A stretch of 62,870 nt of DNA from a virus (taxonomy: Duplodnaviria > Caudoviricetes). Below the pieces are notes generated by a model, which saw only the letters and a list, made by a program, of their open reading frames with translations, ran no database searches and was not told where the DNA came from. Shown one piece after another: positions 9,325-17,587 of the stretch. Made by a program: the position numbers and the translations under genes. The DNA lies in IMG/VR virus record IMGVR_UViG_3300041991_000007, positions 1 through 62,870 of that record, one strand, 5' to 3'. The first letter of the stretch is position 1. Each line of letters opens with the position of its first letter.

Positions 9325-9507
9325 TTAGCCTCCGAGAATCTTCTGCATATTCGTAATCAATGTGCCATTATTGTAACTCATGCACGCACGAAAACCTATG
9401 CGAGCCGCCATATACGCTTCTGCTATAATCCATCCTAGTACCATAAAGGGTACACCAAATACGATACTAAGGAATGCATATAGCAGATGTAGGTATGCTT
9501 TAATCAT
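9325..9507 (-). CDS. Small membrane protein
   Basis: Long hydrophobic N-terminus; ATGA overlap with the polymerase stop. Confidence 0.6.
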   Translation of the reverse strand: MIKAYLHLLYAFLSIVFGVPFMVLGWIIAEAYMAARIGFRACMSYNNGTLITNMQKILGG

Positions 9508-11474
9508 TTTGCGTCTCCATATCTAACTGCTGTGGCTGATTCGATTCCTAACGGTAGCCCCGGTAGGTAGGAAATTGGGCGCGTCATCACACGGGTAACT
9601 AGGTCTGTGTAAGGGCCAGTCTGGATTACTTCCATCTTACCCTTATCTTCGTTCCATTCTTTTATGTCGTCGTCTTCTTCTGGAACCAATGAACCTAATT
9701 CATCGTGTGTCGTCATCTGCACCGGGTAATACTTATGTACTTCAATCTTCTGTTCACGCATAACTAAGGCGGCTACTGCCTGAACGATATTCTCTGTAAC
9801 CTTACCACCGAACAACTTAACTAGCTTTTTACCGTCTAGATAGGTAATCTCGCCGTCGCCATTCTTGCTTAGGCCGGGATACTTAATACATAGACCATTA
9901 GGCAGCATAATAGCTGGCTGCTGAAATAGTGGATCAAGGCAGGTACGTACTAACGAAACACCTTGCATGGGTAGTGGTGTATCTACTACACCCTGCATCA
10001 TACCATTTACGGCCTTATTGCACTGCTTCCAGAATGCGCGTACACCAGTAAATGTGCCTCGATATAGCTGGACAATAAACTCTGCAAACTCTGGTGTAAC
10101 TCCATAAATATTACTTTGCTTACAGTAGTCGATGAATCGTCCTGGCCCCATACCGAAGCCTAGACCCAGCACGGCAGATTTACTGATCTGGCGTTCTGCT
10201 GGCGTGTCCTTTTTATTAATCGGCTTACTGTAAATACGTGTACCGAACCAGCCGTATATATCTCCACCCTCGGCCATAACCTGTAGGGCTTTTGCTTCCT
10301 CACTATCTGGCCCTGATATCTGCATACCTAGCCAAAGAGTAATGCGCGCTTCAATCTGCGAAAGGTCAGCTACGCCTAATACAAAACCTTCTGGCGCGTA
10401 TATGCAGCGCCTTAGCGTGCCGCCCCTCTTAAGATTCTGCGGATTACCGCCACCGCCTTTATTTCCCGAGTACCTTTGCGTGACTTGCGCGCCCGCGTAG
10501 TTGTATCCAACCGGCCAGAATCCGCGTAAGCTGGCGGCGTGATATAGAGTTGTCCTTGTTTCTTCGATAGTGCTTTTATGCTCAAGTCGCGCTGCAACCA
10601 AAGCTTGTACTGCGGGGTTATCGTGATCGAGAAGTTCTTTAAGCCCTTCATCGGTCTTGGCGAACGCATATGTAACTCTACCAGTCTTGGTAATCTTAGT
10701 TGGCGGTGTGACACCTAAGTTCTCCAATGCTGCGGCAAATTTCGGATTAGACATTAGTATTTCGCGGGTCTGTAATCCAGCGTCTTCTAATGCCTGCTGC
10801 TTTTGAATCTTTAATTCTTCCTGATACTGAGCTAGCATTTCTGTGTCTAGCAGTAACTTAGGGTCTGTAAACACCCTGATAGTCCAATCCATCGCAGCAA
10901 TCTCTGACTGCGGAAAATGGGGTATTAGTTTCTTAAATATAGCCCAAGTTAATTCTGTATCTCCGGCTTCCCAATGTCCGCCATCAGGTTCTTCTGGATT
11001 ATTCACCCATCGCGGTGCGCCTACGCAGTAGTCGGCAATCTTCGCTTCTAGTGATGGAGATAGGTCACGCACATTATATGACTTAGACAGTTCGTCCATC
11101 TTAGTCATACCTAGTAGTAATTCTGATATGTATTTAAGCCCGTGGCGTTGTGAGTGCGGGCCAATCAGCGCGCGTGATAGCGCCAATGTGTCTACGTATA
11201 CTTTAGGTAGTATGCCATACTTCCATGCTAAAATAGAACCATCGAACGGCAGGTTATGCCCAATTACCATGTGCTTGTGTAATTCTAATTTGTTCAGCAC
11301 TGGCTGCACTAAGCGGGCAGTAACCCATCTACTTGGGCCGCCATTAATCTTAATGCCTACACCATGAACCTTAAATCGCGGGTCACGGATATAGCTTTCT
11401 GTGGTTATGTCTTTAAGACTTAGCGAATATCCGTCGCCATAAAATGTCTCGAAGTCAAGTACAATAGCTTTCAT
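9504..11474 (-). CDS. polA: Family A DNA polymerase with 3'-5' exonuclease domain
   Basis: Exo motifs LDFET, GHN..FD; polymerase motif A DLSQIEAR, motif B RQISKSAVLGLGFG, motif C THDEL. Confidence 0.93.
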   Translation of the reverse strand: MKAIVLDFETFYGDGYSLSLKDITTESYIRDPRFKVHGVGIKINGGPSRWVTARLVQPVLNKLELHKHMVIGHNLPFDGSILAWKYGILPKVYVDTLALSRALIGPHSQRHGLKYISELLLGMTKMDELSKSYNVRDLSPSLEAKIADYCVGAPRWVNNPEEPDGGHWEAGDTELTWAIFKKLIPHFPQSEIAAMDWTIRVFTDPKLLLDTEMLAQYQEELKIQKQQALEDAGLQTREILMSNPKFAAALENLGVTPPTKITKTGRVTYAFAKTDEGLKELLDHDNPAVQALVAARLEHKSTIEETRTTLYHAASLRGFWPVGYNYAGAQVTQRYSGNKGGGGNPQNLKRGGTLRRCIYAPEGFVLGVADLSQIEARITLWLGMQISGPDSEEAKALQVMAEGGDIYGWFGTRIYSKPINKKDTPAERQISKSAVLGLGFGMGPGRFIDYCKQSNIYGVTPEFAEFIVQLYRGTFTGVRAFWKQCNKAVNGMMQGVVDTPLPMQGVSLVRTCLDPLFQQPAIMLPNGLCIKYPGLSKNGDGEITYLDGKKLVKLFGGKVTENIVQAVAALVMREQKIEVHKYYPVQMTTHDELGSLVPEEDDDIKEWNEDKGKMEVIQTGPYTDLVTRVMTRPISYLPGLPLGIESATAVRYGDAK

Positions 11475-11514
11475 TTAGCCGCCGGGTAGTTAGGCCATCC
11501 TTGGCCTGTTGTTA

Positions 11515-12201
11515 TTAGGACAGATATTCCTTGATATCTTCCGCGAGCTTCTGACCTACAAATTCGCACACGTATTCATCCGGCTCGCTATGCAGGATAA
11601 TAGCGCGGCTAATTTCGTCGTTGTCCTCTCGGTCATACACGTATGCTGTGAAGCCGATATGCTTACCATGCTTCGGGCAGTCATGCTCGTCTTTGGTCAC
11701 ACGCAAGCGTATGCGTCGAAAGATGCCATTGCCTAGCAGCTTGGAGATTGTCGGCCCGATGGCATTTGCTACCGTCTCCGCATTCGGGCTGGTCTGGTCT
11801 GACTTGCGTGGGTCGATGGGGTTGCGGTCATCCGTGAACGGACTCTCCGCGTAACCGACTCCAAGCGCTGCCGACTTGGCCGTAGACCGCTCTACGGCGT
11901 CCGTGGCGGGTTCCGGCCTCGCAAGGGCATCCGCTAGCTGCTGGTACAGGTCGGGCTTCTCAGGGCGCGGCACGCGGCCATTCACCGGGGCGGGCAATCC
12001 GTTCGTGGCCCACTCAAGATACTGGTCAGCTTTTGCTAGGTCTTCCGACTTTAGACCCTTGTGGTTTGCGCGAGCGTTGTACTTGATGTAGTTGCCCATG
12101 CAAAAGGCTTTGAAACCTTCGTGACCCAGCACGTCATGGATCGCGTAGATTACCTCGATATAACCTGCGGTATAGTGCTGCGGTGATTCTACATTGCTCA
12201 T
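11515..12201 (-). CDS. DUF3310 (T7 gp1.7 nucleotide kinase-like) domain protein with C-terminal extension
   Basis: NVESPQHYT..IE..FCMGNYIKY..R..K..EDLAKA..YL signature. Confidence 0.75.
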   Translation of the reverse strand: MSNVESPQHYTAGYIEVIYAIHDVLGHEGFKAFCMGNYIKYNARANHKGLKSEDLAKADQYLEWATNGLPAPVNGRVPRPEKPDLYQQLADALARPEPATDAVERSTAKSAALGVGYAESPFTDDRNPIDPRKSDQTSPNAETVANAIGPTISKLLGNGIFRRIRLRVTKDEHDCPKHGKHIGFTAYVYDREDNDEISRAIILHSEPDEYVCEFVGQKLAEDIKEYLS

Positions 12202-12875
12202 TTGATTAGTGCCTCCAGTGAGTTTGGCCATAAGTTATTAAGGATGGCCTTTACCTTTTCTGCAATTACACGTACTTCGTACTGCGCGTGTTCATCTAAC
12301 CGTAGTTCCAAGAAGTGAACCCAGTTCCGAAGATTACCACCCATATAAAACCGAGTCAATAAACTTTGCGGTAAAATTGCGCGGGCTTGTTCTCTAGCGA
12401 TTCCAATAGCTAGCATACGTGCGTATGTCTCGACTATGGTTTGGCAATTAGCTTGGTAGCTTTCGACCATACTTTGCGAATCATCGTAAGCAAAGCAACC
12501 TTCGCTACCCTGTTTATTTTTGTCGGACTGCTTACGCCATACGGTAGGAATCCAGAAACCGATTTCCTCGCTAGTGTATCTACGCGAGATTTCGTTAAAA
12601 CTAAATGTCCTGTGCCGATGAATTTGGCTACGAATAAACAGTGGGCATTCAATCATAACCGTAGCATGCTGGTACTCAAACGGAGTTAAGTGCTGATGAT
12701 CCGAAAGATACTTAATAAGCTTAAGGTCTTTAGTTTCATCATACTCTTGGCTATCATTCGCAAAGCTTACTCGCGCAGCCTGCGCTGGAAAGTTATCTCC
12801 GCTATTACCATTAGGCATTGTTGTGCTGGCTACTAGACTTACTTCGCAGTCTTCAATCGTTTTGAATACGGTCAC
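12198..12875 (-). CDS. thyX: Flavin-dependent thymidylate synthase
   Basis: H.TPFE, QIHRHRTFSFNEISRRY, REQARAILP and LRL..HAQYEVR motifs. Confidence 0.93.
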   Translation of the reverse strand: MTVFKTIEDCEVSLVASTTMPNGNSGDNFPAQAARVSFANDSQEYDETKDLKLIKYLSDHQHLTPFEYQHATVMIECPLFIRSQIHRHRTFSFNEISRRYTSEEIGFWIPTVWRKQSDKNKQGSEGCFAYDDSQSMVESYQANCQTIVETYARMLAIGIAREQARAILPQSLLTRFYMGGNLRNWVHFLELRLDEHAQYEVRVIAEKVKAILNNLWPNSLEALIK

Positions 12876-13044
12876 GATTCGCCTCCTGCTCTATTCTGCG
12901 CTTAACCTTGTCGCGCAAGATGCGCGTTTCTTTTGGCGCTGTAAATCCTAGCTTCACTCGGCCACCCCCACACTGAACGACTTCAACTTTAATGTCGTCG
13001 CCAATATGGATAACGTCGCCTGTGGTATGGGACATAACTAACAT
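12853..13044 (-). CDS. csrA: CsrA/RsmA-family RNA-binding translational regulator
   Basis: ML.....GD.I.IGDDI.V.V....G.VKLG..APKE..I.R aligns by eye with CsrA. Confidence 0.85.
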   Translation of the reverse strand: MLVMSHTTGDVIHIGDDIKVEVVQCGGGRVKLGFTAPKETRILRDKVKRRIEQEANRDRIQND

Positions 13045-13045
13045 A

Positions 13046-13462
13046 TTATTCTGCCAAGCTCTCCTTAACTGCGTCTTCCACTTCTCGGATTAATTCTTTC
13101 ATTTGCTGCTCATTGAATATATACACTGACCCTTGAAACTCTATGTCTCTAGTGTCTTTTCTTTCTATGGACTGTATGTCCATCAATCCTGGCCTTTCCA
13201 GCATCATAGATATACCCGCCGCTAATCTACGTCTAACGTGGGATTCTCTTTCTTCCACTTCCACATTATAGTACTGTTCTGCCGTTAATGCACATCTAGA
13301 ATTATATCTATTATCTAGTGGCGGAATAAATGACTCACCGAACTTGCGCTTATTGCCTCGTATCAACTCTTGCGCTGTGGCGGTAAACATGGTGTAGTCC
13401 AGCATGCCAGACTGCTTTGCTGCGCGTAATAGCTCGGCTATATTGTTAGTTGAATTAGCCAT
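13046..13462 (-). CDS. Hypothetical protein
   Basis: Start moved to ATG 13462 because the longer ORF overlaps tRNA-Leu. Confidence 0.65.
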   Translation of the reverse strand: MANSTNNIAELLRAAKQSGMLDYTMFTATAQELIRGNKRKFGESFIPPLDNRYNSRCALTAEQYYNVEVEERESHVRRRLAAGISMMLERPGLMDIQSIERKDTRDIEFQGSVYIFNEQQMKELIREVEDAVKESLAE

Positions 13463-13477
13463 TAGTTCCGTCCTGAA

Positions 13478-13564
13478 TGGTGCGCTGGGCGGGAATCGAA
13501 CCCGCATAGCCTTGCGGCTGAGGGATTTTAAGTCCCTTGCGTCTACCTATTTCGCCACCAGCGC
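13478..13564 (-). tRNA. tRNA-Leu(UAA)
   Basis: Cloverleaf with anticodon loop CTTAAAA, long variable arm, GGTTCGATTCC T-arm and encoded CCA. Confidence 0.95.
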
Positions 13565-13570
13565 GATTCA

Positions 13571-13747
13571 TTAATCTTCGTCGTCTGCGTCGTCGGCTAT
13601 CTCGCCAGTACCTTCACAGGTATCGCATTCGATAGAACCATTGCCTTCGCAATCTGCGCACGGATCGTCGTCTTCGTCATAGCCCGAACCACCACACGCC
13701 GTACATAGAAGTTCGCCACTACCTTCACAGTCTGGACACGTCTGCAT
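13571..13747 (-). CDS. Stand-alone DnaJ-type zinc finger (4x CxxCxGxG), very acidic
   Basis: CPDCEGSG, CTACGGSG, CADCEGNG, CDTCEGTG; ATG at 13747. Confidence 0.75.
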   Translation of the reverse strand: MQTCPDCEGSGELLCTACGGSGYDEDDDPCADCEGNGSIECDTCEGTGEIADDADDED

Positions 13748-13748
13748 A

Positions 13749-14285
13749 TTAGTTACTCCCATGCTTGAGTAAGGTATAGCACATCTGCATTCGCTTAGCC
13801 TGATGAACTGCATCTGCTAAAGCGTTATGCTTCACGCCTTCAAACGGAATGTTCTTGGCGACCGGGTAATTATCGAGCATTGTACGTACACTACGGTTAT
13901 TAAAGAACGGCCATTCAAAGTTATTGTCTCCGTAGTGCGAGACAAAATTAGCCAAGATGACGCAATCGAAGTCCGGGTCTTTCGCCCAAATACGGCTGGC
14001 CTGCTTAACCTGCTCCATAACCTGAGTAGCCGCCACGTATAGGTGGGTACGCTCCACCGTGTCCGCAAATATCTGTTTGGCTTCGCTATTCTGCTGCATC
14101 CAGAATTGAACCGTCTTAGCGTCTATCTTACTAAGAGTCTGATTAAGTTCTGGGTGAATGATCGGCAGTTCGATTAATGGCTCGTCTGGATGGTGCCTAT
14201 CAAACCACACCATACCGATTGACATAACATGGGCATTGTTGTTTGTACCGAGTGTTTCAATGTCGATCATTAAATCAGTTGACAT
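13749..14285 (-). CDS. DEDDh 3'-5' exo(ribo)nuclease, Rv2179c/DUF5051-like
   Basis: MIDIETLG, DFD and HNALADA motifs. Confidence 0.85.
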   Translation of the reverse strand: MSTDLMIDIETLGTNNNAHVMSIGMVWFDRHHPDEPLIELPIIHPELNQTLSKIDAKTVQFWMQQNSEAKQIFADTVERTHLYVAATQVMEQVKQASRIWAKDPDFDCVILANFVSHYGDNNFEWPFFNNRSVRTMLDNYPVAKNIPFEGVKHNALADAVHQAKRMQMCYTLLKHGSN

Positions 14286-14673
14286 TGTTCTGCTCCGGTT
14301 TCACTGGTGCGCCAGCGTGCTGCGCCATCGTATTATTGGCCCATGCGCAAAGCTGGAACTTCCAAAGCTCAAGCATCGCGATCTGATCCTGAATCGCCAC
14401 ATGATCGCCGTGAACTTTCGTCCAGTTCTGTAGGTCTTGCCATGCGGCTTGCTTGGCCTCGATATCCGGGGGAATCGTAGCCGCGCCATTAGTGGCCCGA
14501 TCTGCGCCGTTATGTACTTCCTTCGGTACGTTGTCGCTGTACTCACGAAAGCCTACTTCCATAGCGTGCTTATCGGATTCTGCGCGAGCGTGCGCCGCAT
14601 TGGTGTCTGTAGCGAAGTAGATAACTCCGTTATCAGTCTCACGCTTCCAGTATCGAGTTTCGATCTTATCCAT
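14275..14673 (-). CDS. Hypothetical protein
   Basis: 132-aa ORF overlapping both neighbours. Confidence 0.65.
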   Translation of the reverse strand: MDKIETRYWKRETDNGVIYFATDTNAAHARAESDKHAMEVGFREYSDNVPKEVHNGADRATNGAATIPPDIEAKQAAWQDLQNWTKVHGDHVAIQDQIAMLELWKFQLCAWANNTMAQHAGAPVKPEQNNVN

Positions 14674-15235
14674 TCTCTAGCTCCTTCGTCAGAAAATTAA
14701 TTAGGTGTTTTCGTAGGGCTACCGCTTCTACTTGCCCTTTCAGGCGTAGACAAGCGAATAGTAATAGTTTGCTTGCATGTATGCAACAAACATGGTTCGG
14801 GTCTGTGCCGAATAGTATAGTCAATGCATCAGCTATAGCTTTGTTAGCTGGCTGCATCGTCTCACCGGATATATGTTTCCACATCTGGCATTGCGCTTTG
14901 CGACTTACGGCACGGTCTGGATTTCCCAGCCAATGCCCCGTCTGTGTAAACGTAAATCCTGCCTCACTACCCAATTCCGTAGCGAGTCTGTACAACTCTC
15001 TCATTAGTTTTACTACAATAGTATCTGCGCGAGCCTGATACTTTGGACGTACTGAGCCTAACGCTAGTATAGTGTTCGCTAGGCCGAGGTTTTCAAAACC
15101 CCAGCTAACGGGAATTTCATCATCCCATCCTAGTCCGTCTTTCTGCAAAGCCGCCTGCGTAATCGCTGTGGCATCTTCGCACCAATATCCACCTTTCTTA
15201 ACTTGATTGGCAGTAGTGGTAATAGGTTCTCGCAT
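14666..15235 (-). CDS. Hypothetical protein
   Basis: 189-aa ORF. Confidence 0.65.
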   Translation of the reverse strand: MREPITTTANQVKKGGYWCEDATAITQAALQKDGLGWDDEIPVSWGFENLGLANTILALGSVRPKYQARADTIVVKLMRELYRLATELGSEAGFTFTQTGHWLGNPDRAVSRKAQCQMWKHISGETMQPANKAIADALTILFGTDPNHVCCIHASKLLLFACLRLKGQVEAVALRKHLINFLTKELENG

Positions 15236-15299
15236 CTTTAATTAGTCTCATAGTTTAATTAATCTATATAGTTTAAGTGTATTTAGTATTTCATGTCGT

Positions 15300-15743
15300 T
15301 TACTCCATGCCTAGATACTTCTTTGATAGCCTGTTAATCTTGTCTACTACTTTCGGATCAGCCTTAGCTAAGGCTTTATGGAACTTATGTAGTAGATTCA
15401 ACGCTATTCTCTGTATACTATAAGCTTCAAACTCTTTACCCGGCATCTTCTCGCGCATCTTCCGGCATATCTCTTGGTATATATGCACAGCTTCATGGAT
15501 CAATAGCGCTTCATGCTCTAACATAGACCTTTTAGGGTCTATAGCCATTGTTACTACTGCGGCTACACTACCTTCATAATCGAAAAAATGCGCCGTACCC
15601 GTCGAGCCTTCTACTAACCACGGATCGGGGTATGGAACCTTTAATCTCTTTACTTCTTTGAGGTATTGTTTCTCAGTAGTGCAAAGACAATAATACACTT
15701 GGGAGCGTATAAGCTCCCTATCTATCCATTTGACTTTAGACAT
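15300..15743 (-). CDS. HExxH metallopeptidase-like protein
   Basis: LLIHEAVH followed by E.EAY. Confidence 0.6.
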   Translation of the reverse strand: MSKVKWIDRELIRSQVYYCLCTTEKQYLKEVKRLKVPYPDPWLVEGSTGTAHFFDYEGSVAAVVTMAIDPKRSMLEHEALLIHEAVHIYQEICRKMREKMPGKEFEAYSIQRIALNLLHKFHKALAKADPKVVDKINRLSKKYLGME

Positions 15744-15913
15744 TACTTACCCTTTACTTTCTTAAGGTTCGGGTTAGCTTTCTTGGCGGCTGGGCTAGCC
15801 TTACGTGTAGAGCTAGCTAAGATAGCGCCCGCATTCTTCATCGGGATACCTTCTTTCTTAGCTATATTACTCTGCACGGCTTTGAAGCCTGCGCCCTTCA
15901 TTGACTTAGCCAT
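15743..15913 (-). CDS. Small basic protein (56 aa)
   Basis: Hand translation MAKSMKGAGFKAVQSNIAKKEG...NPNLKKVKGK; TAATG overlaps at both ends. Confidence 0.7.
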   Translation of the reverse strand: MAKSMKGAGFKAVQSNIAKKEGIPMKNAGAILASSTRKASPAAKKANPNLKKVKGK

Positions 15914-16050
15914 TACATCTTACCTTTCTTGCTGCCTTTCTTCATGCCCTTGGCTTCCTTAGCCTTCATGGACTTTGATTCCATCTTCTCTTCTTTCTTG
16001 GAATCTTTCTTGCCCATCTTCTTGTCCATCATCTTGTCTGACATTCGCAT
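15913..16050 (-). CDS. Lys/Met-rich low-complexity micro-protein
   Basis: MSDKMMDKKMGKKDSKKEEKMESKSMK...; stop coupled to the next start. Confidence 0.6.
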   Translation of the reverse strand: MRMSDKMMDKKMGKKDSKKEEKMESKSMKAKEAKGMKKGSKKGKM

Positions 16051-16051
16051 G

Positions 16052-16336
16052 TTAATCACTCTCGTTGCTTCGCCGTACTGCAAGTACAATAGCATCAACG
16101 TAAGGCACGGCTCCTACGCCATGTACTAAGTAACCTGTAAGATCGCCTGCTATTTCCACTGCCTCATATTCCGCGTGGCTGGTAAGCTTGGCTATTAGCA
16201 CGCCCACTACCATTACCACTGTGCCCATTAACATGCGGTGACGTACTGAATGCTGTTCGCCTAGCATGTGGTCGCACAATATACGCGGAACATTTACTTT
16301 GTGTAGCACCTTCTGCACTCTGGCTATCTTAGACAT
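16052..16336 (-). CDS. Membrane protein
   Basis: Hydrophobic segments MLMGTVVMVVGVLIA and GYLVHGVGAVPYV. Confidence 0.6.
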   Translation of the reverse strand: MSKIARVQKVLHKVNVPRILCDHMLGEQHSVRHRMLMGTVVMVVGVLIAKLTSHAEYEAVEIAGDLTGYLVHGVGAVPYVDAIVLAVRRSNESD

Positions 16337-16355
16337 GTCCGTGCCTTGGGGATTA

Positions 16356-16670
16356 TTAATTCGTTGATGGATTCCGGCTAACATCTACCGGCTGGGGTAC
16401 TGGTGGAACGGGAACTACTAATTCTGCGTGCAGTTCCTTAAACATATTCTGGAAACCTGCGGCCTCGCGCATGATAAGGAACCTTGCGAACTGACTCGGG
16501 CGGCAGATTATTTCTATCTCTTGATTAGGTGAGTTTCGTGCTGCTTCTCGTAGATCATTCCACTGATCCCAAGTGATGCCGAGGGAATCTTTCAGGAGTT
16601 GGCGCGACTTTTCAAAGTCGAAATAGTACGCACGAAGACGAAACTTTACCCGATCTTTTGACATTGCCAT
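16356..16670 (-). CDS. Hypothetical protein
   Basis: Start moved to ATG 16670, downstream of the tRNA; GGAG RBS. Confidence 0.65.
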   Translation of the reverse strand: MAMSKDRVKFRLRAYYFDFEKSRQLLKDSLGITWDQWNDLREAARNSPNQEIEIICRPSQFARFLIMREAAGFQNMFKELHAELVVPVPPVPQPVDVSRNPSTN

Positions 16671-16690
16671 GATTAATACTCCGTTATTAG

Positions 16691-16767
16691 TGGTAGGCGG
16701 TGTGGGACTTGAACCCACGACCAAGCGATTATGAGTCACCTGCTCTGACCAACTGAGCTAACCGCCT
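16691..16767 (-). tRNA. tRNA with CAU anticodon, most likely Ile2 (lysidine-modified, reads AUA)
   Basis: Cloverleaf with CCA; anticodon arm context GAGCAGGTGACTCATAATCGCTTGGTCG resembles bacterial tRNA-Ile2 and lacks the initiator GGG/CCC stem. Confidence 0.85.
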
Positions 16768-17150
16768 AGACGTTTCTTGTATCTGTTCCAAGCACGCCAA
16801 CCGAATGCGCGTACTAGACTATACACTATATTGTAGTACCATTTAGGGGCTTTCTGACTCTTGCACGCATCCCGTAATAGTTGATCGCATTGCTTCCGTG
16901 TAAATACTCCTAACATGCCACAATTCTGATACAGCCAATCATGTACTATGGACGGTTCTACTAAATGCTTATCCGATGGCGGTATTAGAAACCACGCAAG
17001 TCTAGGTGTACTACCTAAATCTGTATGTACCCCTGCCGGGACTGTTATCTCTTTGTCTAATCTAAAACTTAGATAGGTAAGTGGCGCGCTAACTGTCCAG
17101 TCATTTCTATCTGGTGTATGTTTAATGTCAGCTAGAGATTCAAACGGCAT
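16758..17150 (-). CDS. DUF1353-family protein
   Basis: VPAG..TDLGS.P, S.VHDWLY, R.QCD..L signature. Confidence 0.8.
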   Translation of the reverse strand: MPFESLADIKHTPDRNDWTVSAPLTYLSFRLDKEITVPAGVHTDLGSTPRLAWFLIPPSDKHLVEPSIVHDWLYQNCGMLGVFTRKQCDQLLRDACKSQKAPKWYYNIVYSLVRAFGWRAWNRYKKRLGG

Positions 17151-17165
17151 AATTATTTACCTATC

Positions 17166-17250
17166 TGGTGCGAATGGCGGGAGTCGAACCCGCACGCCTT
17201 GCGGCGCTAGAACCTAAATCTAGTGCGTCTGCCAATTCCGCCACACTCGC
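17166..17250 (-). tRNA. tRNA-Leu(UAG)
   Basis: Cloverleaf, anticodon loop TTTAGGT, long variable arm, CCA. Confidence 0.95.
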
Positions 17251-17255
17251 ATTAC

Positions 17256-17331
17256 TGGTGCCGGTAGTAAGAATCGAACTCACGACCTATTCATTACAAG
17301 TGAATTGCTCTACCAACTGAGCTATACCGGC
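17256..17331 (-). tRNA. tRNA-Thr(UGU)
   Basis: Cloverleaf, anticodon loop CTTGTAA, CCA. Confidence 0.95.
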
Positions 17332-17341
17332 TAAATATATG

Positions 17342-17586
17342 CACGCACCCTTTACAACCTTTGGTGTCCCATGAGCTATGTACCGCTATGAGGGATGGCG
17401 CGTGTCTAACTACATTATCGTTATGCTGACGCCCGTGTTTAGGTGGGTCTGAAGTCTAAACACTCTCGCTTTAGATGCGGTCTATTCCCGGTTGGAGGCA
17501 GAACCGTGTAGACTGGTTCCGTTAACACACGGTTTCCTTGTGCCTCGACCATTAGCCGAGGGGCTGACAAGCCTACCACCAGCATA
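17342..17586 (-). ncRNA. Candidate multi-stem structured RNA of unknown family
   Basis: A gap of ~250 nt with no ORF >=60 aa and at least six complementary segment pairs, including a closing helix 17422-17428/17580-17586. Confidence 0.6.
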
Positions 17587-17587
17587 C

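Noticed and set aside
6896-11474. 2-aminoadenine (Z-genome) pathway suggested by MazG plus an atypical PolA
   Set aside because: No PurZ/adenylosuccinate-synthetase-like or HD-domain DatZ-like ORF is visible in this apparently complete genome.
17166-17250. Amber suppressor tRNA / stop-codon recoding
   Set aside because: Anticodon UAG reads CUA (Leu), not the UAG stop; genes are full-length under the standard code and several end in TAG.
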